Positions 37,001 through 45,901 of a stretch of DNA of 50,905 nt are shown here, piece after piece. The position numbers and the translations under genes were made by a program. Source of the DNA: Candidatus Veblenbacteria bacterium (GTDB lineage Bacteria; Patescibacteriota; Patescibacteriia; Veblenbacterales; UBA10138); NCBI GenBank assembly GCA_030700105.1, contig JAUYKG010000031.1, forward strand, positions 1-50,905, read 5' to 3'. Positions within the stretch are counted from its first letter, which is position 1. Each line of letters opens with the position of its first letter. A model generated the notes under the pieces. It was given only the letters and a program-made list of their open reading frames with translations, searched no databases and was not told where the DNA came from.

Positions 37001-37033
37001 AAATACCAAAGAGCCCCACTCCACAGGGGCTCT
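37001..37033 (-). terminator. Terminator hairpin after the major pilin gene
   Basis: On the minus strand: AGAGCCCC-tgtggagt-GGGGCTCT (37033-37010), followed by TTGGTATTT. It lies 31 nt after the stop at 37065. Confidence 0.55.
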
Positions 37034-37064
37034 TAAGACATACGGTAAAACAATTACTCTTAAC

Positions 37065-37508
37065 CTACTGAATACCAGTCGGCGAAGCCGTGTGGGCACC
37101 AGCGGCCAAACCACCAGTGATGCCTTCCAAGGTGAACGTAATTGTGTACGTTGCGTTAGTAGCTGCAAGGTAAGCATAAGCAGCTCCACCTGGTGTTGGG
37201 TTACTAGGCACCTGACCCATATAAGTCGTACCAGTTGCGTCAGCTGTGGCAGTAAACCCAGCAGTACTTAATGTATTGTCAGTTGCAGCCCCTAAAGTAA
37301 TGGCCGGGGATTCAACCGGGTAACCATTTTGGTCAGCGTAGTACAACTCCAGAGCGGTTTGAACTTGCTTGATATCTGCCACGCGCTTGGCGTCACGGGA
37401 CTTGGCGCGGGCGTTGTTCAAGGCTACCACTGCGAGGGTAGACAAAATGCCGATGATGGCGATAACCACCAATAGCTCAATGAGTGTGAAACCTTTTCGT
37501 TGCGTCAT
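37065..37508 (-). CDS. pilA: Type IV major pilin (prepilin)
   Basis: MTQRKG|[24 protein letters not shown] is a class III signal peptide with Glu at +5. 147 aa. It has its own promoter and terminator. Confidence 0.8.
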   Translation of the reverse strand: MTQRKGFTLIELLVVIAIIGILSTLAVVALNNARAKSRDAKRVADIKQVQTALELYYADQNGYPVESPAITLGAATDNTLSTAGFTATADATGTTYMGQVPSNPTPGGAAYAYLAATNATYTITFTLEGITGGLAAGAHTASPTGIQ

Positions 37509-37618
37509 TGTCTCACCCCCTTTCTCGGTACTCTGCCAGGCCTGCGCTCTACACCCACCGTGAAGTGGGCCTTAAACGCCCGCCTTAATGAGTTAATTTT
37601 TATGTCAGCCGTGCTCAT

Positions 37619-37647
37619 AGTATAGCACACCAAGGCCTGGTTGTCCA
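37619..37647 (-). promoter_or_regulatory. Putative strong promoter of the major pilin gene
   Basis: On the minus strand: TGGACA (37647-37642), a 17-nt spacer, then TATACT (37624-37619), with TG 2 nt upstream of the -10. It gives a roughly 105-nt leader containing the hairpin CCCAC-ttcacg-GTGGG and an AAAGGGGGTGA Shine-Dalgarno. Confidence 0.55.
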
Positions 37648-37648
37648 C

Positions 37649-38857
37649 CTAGACATTACCAATGGACTGGTAAATGGGCAAAATAATGGCCGACACCATA
37701 ACCCCCACCGCCAAACCAAGTACAACCATAATAATGGGTTCAATGAGCGTTACCAGACCCTGCACCATATTCTCCACCTCGCGGCTGTAAAAGTTGGCCA
37801 AGCGGTTCATAATCTCCTCCAGCCGGCCGGTCTTCTCCCCCACCACCAACATTTGCGACACCATACTCGGCATGGCGGAAGATTCCAAGAACAGGGTGGA
37901 AATGGAGTTGCCCTCCTCCACCTCGTGGATAGTGCGGGTAATAAGATCGCGGTACACCTCGTTCCCTACCACGCCAGCCACCACCTCCAACCCACGGGTT
38001 AAAGGCACACCGCCGAGCATTAAAGAAGCCAACGAACGGGTGAAACGAACCAGATAAATGCGCTGCAGTATCTTGCCAAAAATAGGGAGCCGGAGCTGTA
38101 ATCGGTGCCAGAGAAGTCGGCCCGGCCCGCGGCGGGTCGCATAGCGCACCCCCACCGCAAGAGCGATGAGCAGGATAATGATCAACCACCAGAAGCGCTC
38201 AAAAAATCCACTTGTGGCAATGAGCAACCGAGTGGAGGCTGGAAGTTTGGTGTTCGTCTCTTGTAAAATAGTGGTAAGCTTTGGCACCACGAATGTCATC
38301 ATAATGAACCCAACCACGGTTAGCCCAACCAGAATGAAGGCGGGATAGGTCATGGCTCCCTTGATCTTGCTCATGAGGTCATAATTCTTCTCTGCTTCGT
38401 CGGCTAGGTAGTTCAACGTTTCATCCAGCCGCCCCGAGGTTTCACCGGCACGCACCATGTTGACGTAAAAACTGGAGAACACGTCGGGGTAACGGGACAG
38501 GGCAGCCGAGAGTTTGGCACCGCCCTCCACCTCGTCGGCCACTTCGGAAACGATTATCTTTAAATTCTCGCTTTGCGTTTGCTTGGTGAGAATCCGCAAA
38601 CTCTGCACCAATGGCACGGTGGCCGACACCATTACCGCCAACTGTCTGGAAAACACTACTAGATCACGGGTGCGGATGCGGTTAAAGAACTTCAGCGAAA
38701 CCTGAAAAACGCTCCGGCTAGCACGCTCCTGCAGGAAGAACGGGGTGAGGTTCCGCTCAGCAAGCTCGTCCAGGGCGGCCTGCTCGCTCGGCGCCTCGGC
38801 CACTCCCTCTATGGTCTGCCCTTGCAGGTCTTTAGCCCGGTAATCAAATAATGGCAT
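37649..38857 (-). CDS. pilC: Type IV pilus platform protein PilC (GspF family)
   Basis: 402 aa. Two T2SF repeats (MVRAGETSGRLDETL / LVVGEKTGRLEEIM) and three TM segments. Confidence 0.88.
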   Translation of the reverse strand: MPLFDYRAKDLQGQTIEGVAEAPSEQAALDELAERNLTPFFLQERASRSVFQVSLKFFNRIRTRDLVVFSRQLAVMVSATVPLVQSLRILTKQTQSENLKIIVSEVADEVEGGAKLSAALSRYPDVFSSFYVNMVRAGETSGRLDETLNYLADEAEKNYDLMSKIKGAMTYPAFILVGLTVVGFIMMTFVVPKLTTILQETNTKLPASTRLLIATSGFFERFWWLIIILLIALAVGVRYATRRGPGRLLWHRLQLRLPIFGKILQRIYLVRFTRSLASLMLGGVPLTRGLEVVAGVVGNEVYRDLITRTIHEVEEGNSISTLFLESSAMPSMVSQMLVVGEKTGRLEEIMNRLANFYSREVENMVQGLVTLIEPIIMVVLGLAVGVMVSAIILPIYQSIGNV

Positions 38858-38862
38858 AGGCC

Positions 38863-39936
38863 CTAGCGGCGAAGGATGGACTGAAAGACCTCGGGGTCCA
38901 AGGCGTGCGCCAGCGCCACTTCCTGCATAACCTCACCAGTCTTAACAAGCTCGGCCAGGGAACGGTCGAATGCTACCATACCCTCTTCCCGTGAGGTGAG
39001 GAGTAAATTGGTGAGCTGGTAATCTTTGCCGTCATGAATAGTAGCGCGCGCTGCCGGCGTAGCCACCAACAGCTCACATACCAGTACTCGCCCCCCGCCC
39101 ACGCGCGGCACGAGCTTTTGCACCGAAATAGCCAAAAGCGCCTCGGCTAGGCGACTACGCACGGTGGCTTGCTGTTCGGCGGGAAACTCCGCCACCAACT
39201 GCTCCACCGCCGCCACGCACGAATCCGCTTCCCTAACAGCAAAAACCAACTTGCCGCCCACCGCCAAAGCCAGCGCCTCGTCAATGACCGCGCGGCTCGG
39301 CAAGCGGGACAACCCAACAACATCTACGTCCTCGTTGGGCAACGTGCTCACGGCCTCTTCCCAACTCACCGCGTCCACGCCCACCTCACGCTGATCAATA
39401 ATGCTCTGCTCACCCGTCAACACGTACTCAATCGGCTCTTCAATGGTGGTGATGTGCTTAACCTTGCTGCGGTTAATGGCTTGCAGACAAGCGGCCAACG
39501 TAGTAGTGCGGCCCGAACCGTACGAACCGGCAATAATAACCAATCCCCGTCCGGCTTCTACCAAACGCTCAAACGTAGCCGGCAACCCCAGCTCCTTTAA
39601 GGCCTTGAGCGTGCTTGGTATAAACCGAATAGCCAATTCGGGCAACCCGCGCTGGTAAAAGGCGCTAATACGCAACCGCAAACGATTAAGAAAAGTATGT
39701 CCTATGGTTACCTGACGCTCCGATTCGAAAGTTGCCCGTTGCTGGGGCGTGAGGAGCGTGCCGAGCACGGCCTCCAAAAAATCAGGAGTGATAATATCCT
39801 CCTGCACCAACACCTCTAGTTCACCATCCCGGCGCACCACCGGCTGGCTGCCGGCCCTAAGATGCAAGTCCGACACTTGCTGGCCAGCGAGGTTCGTCAA
39901 AATTTTCTGCAGGATAGCGGTTTCGGTGGTGGACAT
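38863..39936 (-). CDS. pilT: PilT-like hexameric ATPase homolog with degenerate catalytic motifs
   Basis: It aligns with PilT along its whole length (SDLHLRAGSQPVVRRDG..., QREV, VFPAEQQATVRS). The Walker A is GSYGSGRT, the Walker B region VDVVGLSRL and the His-box GKLVFAVREA. ATG 39936 lies 17 nt after the upstream stop. The track start is GTG 39960. Confidence 0.8.
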   Translation of the reverse strand: MSTTETAILQKILTNLAGQQVSDLHLRAGSQPVVRRDGELEVLVQEDIITPDFLEAVLGTLLTPQQRATFESERQVTIGHTFLNRLRLRISAFYQRGLPELAIRFIPSTLKALKELGLPATFERLVEAGRGLVIIAGSYGSGRTTTLAACLQAINRSKVKHITTIEEPIEYVLTGEQSIIDQREVGVDAVSWEEAVSTLPNEDVDVVGLSRLPSRAVIDEALALAVGGKLVFAVREADSCVAAVEQLVAEFPAEQQATVRSRLAEALLAISVQKLVPRVGGGRVLVCELLVATPAARATIHDGKDYQLTNLLLTSREEGMVAFDRSLAELVKTGEVMQEVALAHALDPEVFQSILRR

Positions 39937-39952
39937 GGCGGTACCGGCTCTT

Positions 39953-40333
39953 TTACGCACCCTTGAGGCAGGCGAGAGCTTTGGCTACTACTTCCGAGGG
40001 CAAAAAGTGTGCCTTAATAATGTAGTCGGCGGCCCCCAGGCTCCTGGCTTGATCTATCGCCTCTTGGGTGCTGGAATTGGTAAGCATTAACACCGGGATG
40101 GCACGGGTGGCCTCGTCGGCTTTAAGCTCGCGCAAAACCCCAAAACCATCCAACTTAGGCAGCTCAATATCCAAGAGCACCACCGCCGGTTTTGCGCTCC
40201 GTATGAGCGCCAGCCCGGCCTCGCCGTCCTCCGCCACCTCCACGCGGAATCCTTGCTCGGTGAATTTGAGCTCATACAGACGTCGCAAAAAAGCGTCGTC
40301 TTCCACAATAACAATGGTCTGGGGGTCAGGCAT
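39953..40333 (-). CDS. Stand-alone response-regulator receiver domain (CheY/PilH-like)
   Basis: 126 aa. IVIVEDD, phospho-acceptor context VVLLDIELPKLDG, LTN and YIIKAHF (conserved Thr and Lys). No output domain. Confidence 0.85.
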   Translation of the reverse strand: MPDPQTIVIVEDDAFLRRLYELKFTEQGFRVEVAEDGEAGLALIRSAKPAVVLLDIELPKLDGFGVLRELKADEATRAIPVLMLTNSSTQEAIDQARSLGAADYIIKAHFLPSEVVAKALACLKGA

Positions 40334-40399
40334 AAATAATTCAAAATGTAAAAATCAAAATGCAAAATTATAAAATTTTAATCTTTGCATTTTACATTT
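40334..40399 (-). promoter_or_regulatory. 66-nt extremely AT-rich spacer with an imperfect inverted repeat
   Basis: AAATGT...AAAATGCAAA (40345-40367) faces TTTGCATTTT-ACATTT (40384-40399). It lies between the pilB stop and the receiver-gene start, inside an otherwise tightly packed GC-rich operon. Confidence 0.4.
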
Positions 40400-42136
40400 C
40401 TAATCGTTAGTTGCACTTAAAACCTCTTCCACGGTAGTTATACCTTGGAGCACCTTCAGTAAACCATCCTGCTGCATAGTCATCATACCCTGGCGTTTAA
40501 ACTCCGCCCGTAAGGCCCCGGGGTTCAACCCGGCCACAATAACCTCCTGCAGTTCGTGCGTATTGGAAAAAGCCTCGGCCATGACCACGCGGCCCCGGTA
40601 ACCGGTAAAGTTACAACGGGCGCAGCCCTCCCCCTTCTTGAATTTCCATTCGTCCTTGGGCAAGAGTGCGCGAGCTGTTTCCGGCAATTCAGCCAGCGCC
40701 TGCTTAATCTTGGTTACGAGTTCGGCCGGAACTTGCGCCTCGGTGGCGCAGTAGTGGCAAATGCGCCGCACCAAGCGCTGCGCCACTACCACGTTAATAG
40801 TGGAGGCAATAAGGAACGGTTCCACATGCATATCCACCAAGCGCGGAATGGCACCAAAGGCATCGTTGGTGTGGAGTGTGGACAACACAATATGGCCGGT
40901 GAGCGAGGCGTGAATAGCCAGATCGGCTGTTTCCACGTCGCGAATCTCACCCACCATAATAATGTCGGGGTCTTGGCGCAAAATGGAGCGCAAGCCGGAG
41001 GCAAAAGTTAAACCCACCTCGGAATTCACCTGCGTTTGATTCGCGCCCTCCAGGTAGTACTCCACCGGGTCCTCCAGCGTGATGATGTTGGAACCCTCGT
41101 CGTTCAATTTATTCAAAGCCGTATAGAGCGTGGTGGATTTACCGCTACCGGTGGGGCCGCAAACCAGGAACATACCTTGCGCCTTGCTGAGGTTCTCCTC
41201 GACCACTTCCAAGGTGCGGCCGGAAAACCCGAGCTCGTCGAACTTCTTTAAGCCGGCAGCGGTATCCAGAATTCTTAAAACCACTTTCTCGCTAGAGAGG
41301 AGCGGCATAGTGGAAACGCGGAAATCCACCGAACGGCCACCGATAGTAAGGCGGATACGGCCGTCCTGTGGCACGCGCGTTTCGTCTATCTTCATATTCG
41401 ACAAAACCTTGATACGGGAAATAACAGCCGAATGAATGTAGCGGGGCAACACGATGGAAGTATGCAGCACGCCGTCTATGCGGTAGCGAACGCGCGTTTC
41501 TTCTTGCACTGGTTCTATGTGAATATCCGAGGCTCCGCCCTCCACGGCATGCCGAAAAATAACTGCCACCATCTTGGCCACCGGCGCCGTCTTCACCACC
41601 TCCTCCAGCTTACCCTTGGCCTCTTCCAACTCCGGTACATCGCCGTACTTTTCCTCAGCCTGGGTAAGAGCCTCCTTAACCTCGGTGGATAGGCTGCCAT
41701 ACTGCTTAAAAGCGCTAGCCAGGCTTTCGGGGCTGGTAATGAAATACTTCGGCTTCCAGCCCTGGTCGCGGGCGCGGAATTCAATCGCCTCTATGGCCTT
41801 AAAATTGCCCGGGTTCACCATGGCCACCGACACCTCGTTACCTTCCCGTTCAAAGGTTACTAGTTGATAATTCTCAGCTAGTTCAAAAGGCAAGAGCTGC
41901 ACCACTTCGCGCGCCAGCTCCCTATCCGTCAGATCTATGAATGGCAGATTAAAAAGCTGGATTTTGGCCTCCACGAGATCGCGCGGCTTGAGCAGTTTCT
42001 GTTCCAGCAACACGTCCTCGAATTGCCGGTCGGTTTCCTGCGCAACCTTCAGCAACTCCTTCACCTTCTCAGGCGAAAGGAGCTGACGCGCCAACAGCAC
42101 GTCGGGGAGCTGGAGGTTAAGCTTGGTTTTGGGCAT
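40400..42136 (-). CDS. pilB: Type IV pilus assembly ATPase PilB (GspE family)
   Basis: 578 aa. Walker A GPTGSGKST, Asp box ITLEDPVEY, Walker B DIIMVGEIRD, His box GHIVLSTLHTND and tetracysteine CHYC...CARC are all intact. N-terminal T2SSE_N domain. Confidence 0.92.
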   Translation of the reverse strand: MPKTKLNLQLPDVLLARQLLSPEKVKELLKVAQETDRQFEDVLLEQKLLKPRDLVEAKIQLFNLPFIDLTDRELAREVVQLLPFELAENYQLVTFEREGNEVSVAMVNPGNFKAIEAIEFRARDQGWKPKYFITSPESLASAFKQYGSLSTEVKEALTQAEEKYGDVPELEEAKGKLEEVVKTAPVAKMVAVIFRHAVEGGASDIHIEPVQEETRVRYRIDGVLHTSIVLPRYIHSAVISRIKVLSNMKIDETRVPQDGRIRLTIGGRSVDFRVSTMPLLSSEKVVLRILDTAAGLKKFDELGFSGRTLEVVEENLSKAQGMFLVCGPTGSGKSTTLYTALNKLNDEGSNIITLEDPVEYYLEGANQTQVNSEVGLTFASGLRSILRQDPDIIMVGEIRDVETADLAIHASLTGHIVLSTLHTNDAFGAIPRLVDMHVEPFLIASTINVVVAQRLVRRICHYCATEAQVPAELVTKIKQALAELPETARALLPKDEWKFKKGEGCARCNFTGYRGRVVMAEAFSNTHELQEVIVAGLNPGALRAEFKRQGMMTMQQDGLLKVLQGITTVEEVLSATND

Positions 42137-42202
42137 TACTTCATACCTTAGGATGCAACCAGACTAGTGGACACACCCATGCTACCGCTTAAAAGATTAA
42201 AA

Positions 42203-42691
42203 CTACTCGATTAACCCGCGCTCATTCACTACTCCGCCTGCGTCACCGCCCTCCTGATAAAAGTTGATGGTAAATGTGGTTGCCGTCAGCGCGTTCAATG
42301 TATAGTTACATAAGCCGGTGGCGGGGTTGGCACAAGCTGACGTGCCAGTAGGGTCTTTAATTTGAGCGATGCCGGGTAAGAAATCATCTATGCCGGTCGT
42401 GCCACCATTACCTACGCAGGCACTTAGCTGCGTCCCGTTAGGTAGAACCGCTCCAGTACTACTCTTACAAGCTCCGCTGAAGGCGCCTGTGCCATCAAGG
42501 TAAAGCTGCATGCCCGTTGAAACCGCGCTCATATCCGACAAGCGCTTGGCGTCGCGCGAGCGGATACGGGCATTATTAAGGGCCACCACGGCGAGCGTAG
42601 AAAGCAGGCCGATGATGGAAATAACCACCAAAAGCTCAATCAAGGTAAAACCTTTTTTGGCTTTGGTTTTGGTAGAGGTAACCATAAGCAT
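42203..42691 (-). CDS. Second type IV pilin paralog
   Basis: MLMVTSTKTKAKKG|[28 protein letters not shown]. The N-terminal 40 aa are nearly identical to the major pilin and the C-terminal domain is divergent. It is embedded between the PilP-like gene and pilB. Confidence 0.75.
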   Translation of the reverse strand: MLMVTSTKTKAKKGFTLIELLVVISIIGLLSTLAVVALNNARIRSRDAKRLSDMSAVSTGMQLYLDGTGAFSGACKSSTGAVLPNGTQLSACVGNGGTTGIDDFLPGIAQIKDPTGTSACANPATGLCNYTLNALTATTFTINFYQEGGDAGGVVNERGLIE

Positions 42692-42712
42692 ATGTGTTAC
42701 TTATTAGTTAAT

Positions 42713-43030
42713 TTAAGGGTTAATTAGCGAAAATGGATCTGGTCTCCCCAGCGCCTTCACCTCCAGCGGCACCTCGCCGTACAGTTTCAGCTTGATAAGT
42801 TTGTCATCGCGCAATATTTCAAGATTGAAGGTGGAGGGGGCTTGGGGTAAGGCTGTGCCGGGCTCAACCGGGGAAGAACCCACTGGCACCACTACGGCTG
42901 GCGCAGGCTGGGGGGCTGGTTTAGCCACAAATGACCGGTACACCACTACACCTATGGTAACCCAAACCAGTCCAATCGTGCCACCAAGGATAAGGATCTT
43001 TTTTTTACTGGGACCGCGCCGAGCTAACAT
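42713..43030 (-). CDS. Small single-pass protein, PilP-like position (C-terminal RPDPF motif)
   Basis: 105 aa. One TM, a Pro/Ala-rich linker and a short beta-rich C-terminus ending GRPDPFSLINP. It occupies the pilP slot after pilO. Weak assignment. Confidence 0.35.
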   Translation of the reverse strand: MLARRGPSKKKILILGGTIGLVWVTIGVVVYRSFVAKPAPQPAPAVVVPVGSSPVEPGTALPQAPSTFNLEILRDDKLIKLKLYGEVPLEVKALGRPDPFSLINP

Positions 43031-43068
43031 AAGATATAATTACGAATAACGAATTAAGAATTACAAAA

Positions 43069-43725
43069 TCAACTAGGCAAGAAAACCGTGTGAAAATTAA
43101 GCGTGTAGCTCACTTCACCGCTACCTGCCGACTTAGTGGTAAAGGTGACCGAAGACAGATTGAGAAGCCGTATGCTCTCTTGAGCCGCGGCGATAAATTC
43201 CTTAAGCGCACCATACTCACCGCCTTCAATTACCATATTCACCCTCAACTCTTGTACCATGGTCTCCACATTCGCCCCGGGAGACAAAGGGCTTGTAATA
43301 TTACCTACTTCGTCTCGCACTGGCACTCCTTCCCCTGCCTGGTTACCGCTGGCAAAACCAAGGTCCGTAATGGCAAAACCAGTCGTCTCGGCAATGCCCT
43401 CCAACTGAGCTAGCAGGTTAGGAATATCTTGCCCTTGCGGCAAGGCGAGGTCCAAACGTTTGCGATCAGTGGCGGTAAGCGCAGTGTAATCCTCGGTGAG
43501 TTGCTTAAGCTTGGACATCTCCGCCTCCACCGCAGCGCGTGAAGAAGCAAACCCATCAAGCTCGGGCAGAGCCCGGAGCGTCTGCCACTGTGGTCTCAAG
43601 AGGAACCACCAACCGAGCAGGAGCACTACCACGATTAATGTAACCGCCAACGGCCAGGGTGAACGTGGCGCGCGTGGCGCGGGTGAGGATAGGCCTGAAA
43701 GCTGGGCTGTGCGTACGGGTGACAT
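43069..43725 (-). CDS. pilO: PilO-like type IV pilus alignment protein
   Basis: 218 aa. One TM (WPLAVTLIVVVLLLGWWFLL), a coiled-coil segment, then a ferredoxin-like C-domain (IPNLLAQLEGIAETTGFAITDLGF). Gene order pilM-pilN-pilO. Confidence 0.6.
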   Translation of the reverse strand: MSPVRTAQLSGLSSPAPRAPRSPWPLAVTLIVVVLLLGWWFLLRPQWQTLRALPELDGFASSRAAVEAEMSKLKQLTEDYTALTATDRKRLDLALPQGQDIPNLLAQLEGIAETTGFAITDLGFASGNQAGEGVPVRDEVGNITSPLSPGANVETMVQELRVNMVIEGGEYGALKEFIAAAQESIRLLNLSSVTFTTKSAGSGEVSYTLNFHTVFLPS

Positions 43726-43734
43726 ATGGAGAGA

Positions 43735-44712
43735 TTACTGGCTGCGGGCAATAAAGAGTTCGGAGGGGAAGGTGAGAGCTATAGTAAACTGCACCACCGT
43801 AGTGTTCTCGCCGGCTTGAGTAAGCCCCTTACCGAGCGCAAGATTGGCCAGTATGACATCGTGCGCTTCCTCGCCTTCCTCAAAAGCCAGCATCTGCCTA
43901 CCCACTTCGGTGTAGTTGAGTGCCTGGCCTGTTACCGTCACCCGGCCGTTGGCGTCGGCCGCTAGGCTGAGGAGCTGAACGGCGGGTATGGTGTGCTTCT
44001 CAAGGAATACAAAGAACGGCGCCCAGTCGGCCCGGCGATCTAATTGTTCCCCCAAAGCCTGAACCCGACGCTGCGTCGCCATAGCCTCCTCGGCAGCCGC
44101 CCGGACCGCCTCCAGCTTACCTTGTAACACAATCACCTCTTGCTGCACTTTTTCATTCTCGGCCACCTTGTTCACCACGTAACTCCGCACCACGAAGTAC
44201 GCCACCGCCACCAGTAGCAACGCCGCCACACCCGCGAGAGCAATAACCCTCACGGTTCGCGGCGGCATTCCTCCACCCTCTTGCTCTGGTATAAGGTTTA
44301 CGTCCAGCATGATCGGTGGCGTACCACCCACAGGTGGACGCGGGACTACGGCGCGAGGTGGCACTGCCAGTGGCGGTGCGGGCGGCCGGGGCGCTACAGG
44401 TTGAGGAGCTGCTGGCTTGTAAACAGGCATAGTACTTATGGTGGGCGCAGCCGAGGCCGGTGAAACTGACTTGGGGACTGGGGGAGGAGCAGCAGATGCC
44501 GCTGGTGCGGAGGGAGTAACTGAAGCTACGCTCAAATTCTGCTTTAAGGCCGATACGAGCTGCTGCCAACGACCGGCAGGCACACCCTCCTCCGGAACCT
44601 GGGCCCGGGCGGTGGGATTGGAAAAACGCGGCGCGGACGCGGACGCGGCTTTCTGCCGCGCCTCCTGCTCGCGCGCTCGTAACTCTTCAGGTAGTAAATT
44701 AATGTCCGCCAT
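43735..44712 (-). CDS. pilN: PilN-like protein with duplicated INLLP motif and Pro-rich insertion
   Basis: The N-terminus MADINLLPEEL is the PilM-binding INLLP motif. A second DVNLIPEQ (aa 137-144) lies just before the TM (VIALAGVAALLLVAVAYFVV), followed by the coiled-coil/ferredoxin-like PilN core. ATG 44712 lies 5 nt after the pilM stop. Confidence 0.65.
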   Translation of the reverse strand: MADINLLPEELRAREQEARQKAASASAPRFSNPTARAQVPEEGVPAGRWQQLVSALKQNLSVASVTPSAPAASAAPPPVPKSVSPASAAPTISTMPVYKPAAPQPVAPRPPAPPLAVPPRAVVPRPPVGGTPPIMLDVNLIPEQEGGGMPPRTVRVIALAGVAALLLVAVAYFVVRSYVVNKVAENEKVQQEVIVLQGKLEAVRAAAEEAMATQRRVQALGEQLDRRADWAPFFVFLEKHTIPAVQLLSLAADANGRVTVTGQALNYTEVGRQMLAFEEGEEAHDVILANLALGKGLTQAGENTTVVQFTIALTFPSELFIARSQ

Positions 44713-44717
44713 AATCG

Positions 44718-45794
44718 TTATATGAATTGGCGCATAGCCAGGCCAATGGCCGAAGCGAACTGCGGACCAACCTCATCCAACACCGGCTTAAGTTCCACAG
44801 GGTAGCTCACTCGAGCCCACGGATCACCAATGTACACCTTAATCTGGAATAGGTTCTCCAAGTACTCAGGTAAACGTGGCAGGTAGGACGACCCTCCGGT
44901 GAGAATGATCTTATCAATCGGCCGGGCGGACTGGCTTTGGTAGAGCGAAAAATTGTACTTAATATCGTTTACGATAGGGCTAATAGTTGCCTCGATGGTG
45001 CGGGGAATACCACCCGCCGCCGAGCCTTGGGCGTTCAAACCAATATCGCGTTTAAATTGTTCAGCCCGCCTAATGTCAACGTTCAAGCTGTTGGCTATCG
45101 CCTTGGTGATAGTGAGTCCGCCCACATCGATGCTGCGATTCAAAATGGGGATGCCGTTCTCTATCACGCAGATGTCGGTGGTAACCGCACCTAAGTCCAC
45201 CACCATAACCACCTCACGAGCACCACCTACCAAGCTGCGTTCCAGAGCAAAGGCCTCGGTTTCCAAGCTTAGGAGTTCCAATTGGCTGTCGCGAAAAATG
45301 GTGAGGTACTTCTTAACTAGATTCTGCGGCGCCGCGGTCAGGAGTACGCGTATGTTCTTCTTGGGTGTCTTAACAGCCTCACTGCCGGTAGCAACAGGCG
45401 CGGGCGTATCGGCCAAGAACTTCCAATCCAGGATCATTTCCTCTAAAGGCAAAGGCACGAACTTGCGAGCTTCCCAGCGAATGGCTGCAGCCAGCTCCTT
45501 TTCCGACATGGCAGGGAGGGTGATAACGGAACTGAAAACGGCAAAGGTGGGGAGTGCCGCCGAAACCCGGCGGGAAGTGGTACGCGCCTGCGCACAAATG
45601 GCCTTGAGTGTGGTGACAATGCGCTCTATATCACGTTCAGCGTCCACCTTAGTGGCGTCCCCGGTGTACTCGGCCCGACCGTACGTTACCAAACGGGGGG
45701 TATGGTTGGGGCCTGGCGCCAATTCCACCACTTTGATACTGGCTGTACCAATATCCACGCCCAGAAAAGTCTTGCGCTTACCAAAAAAACTCAT
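44718..45794 (-). CDS. pilM: Type IV pilus assembly protein PilM (actin-like ATPase fold)
   Basis: 358 aa. FLGVDIGTASIKVVEL phosphate-1 motif, VVDLGAVTTDI, and ILTGGSSYLPRLPEYL. Confidence 0.85.
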   Translation of the reverse strand: MSFFGKRKTFLGVDIGTASIKVVELAPGPNHTPRLVTYGRAEYTGDATKVDAERDIERIVTTLKAICAQARTTSRRVSAALPTFAVFSSVITLPAMSEKELAAAIRWEARKFVPLPLEEMILDWKFLADTPAPVATGSEAVKTPKKNIRVLLTAAPQNLVKKYLTIFRDSQLELLSLETEAFALERSLVGGAREVVMVVDLGAVTTDICVIENGIPILNRSIDVGGLTITKAIANSLNVDIRRAEQFKRDIGLNAQGSAAGGIPRTIEATISPIVNDIKYNFSLYQSQSARPIDKIILTGGSSYLPRLPEYLENLFQIKVYIGDPWARVSYPVELKPVLDEVGPQFASAIGLAMRQFI

Positions 45795-45901
45795 AAATTG
45801 GCGATGGATAGTAAACGGATTTTTAGTTTAAAAATTTATTCCCCCAGCGGGGCTAATATTAGCCATGCTGCCACTTGGAAATAGAGATATAATACTACTA
45901 T

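Noticed and set aside
44953-45831. 292-aa plus-strand ORF
   Set aside because: It is fully antisense to the well-supported pilM gene. It is Ser/Arg/Ala/Thr-rich, as is typical of shadow frames in GC-rich DNA. The same reasoning applies to other long antisense ORFs: 5971-6705, 7734-8285, 34736-35473, 22337-23020, 36759-37271 and 40556-41011.
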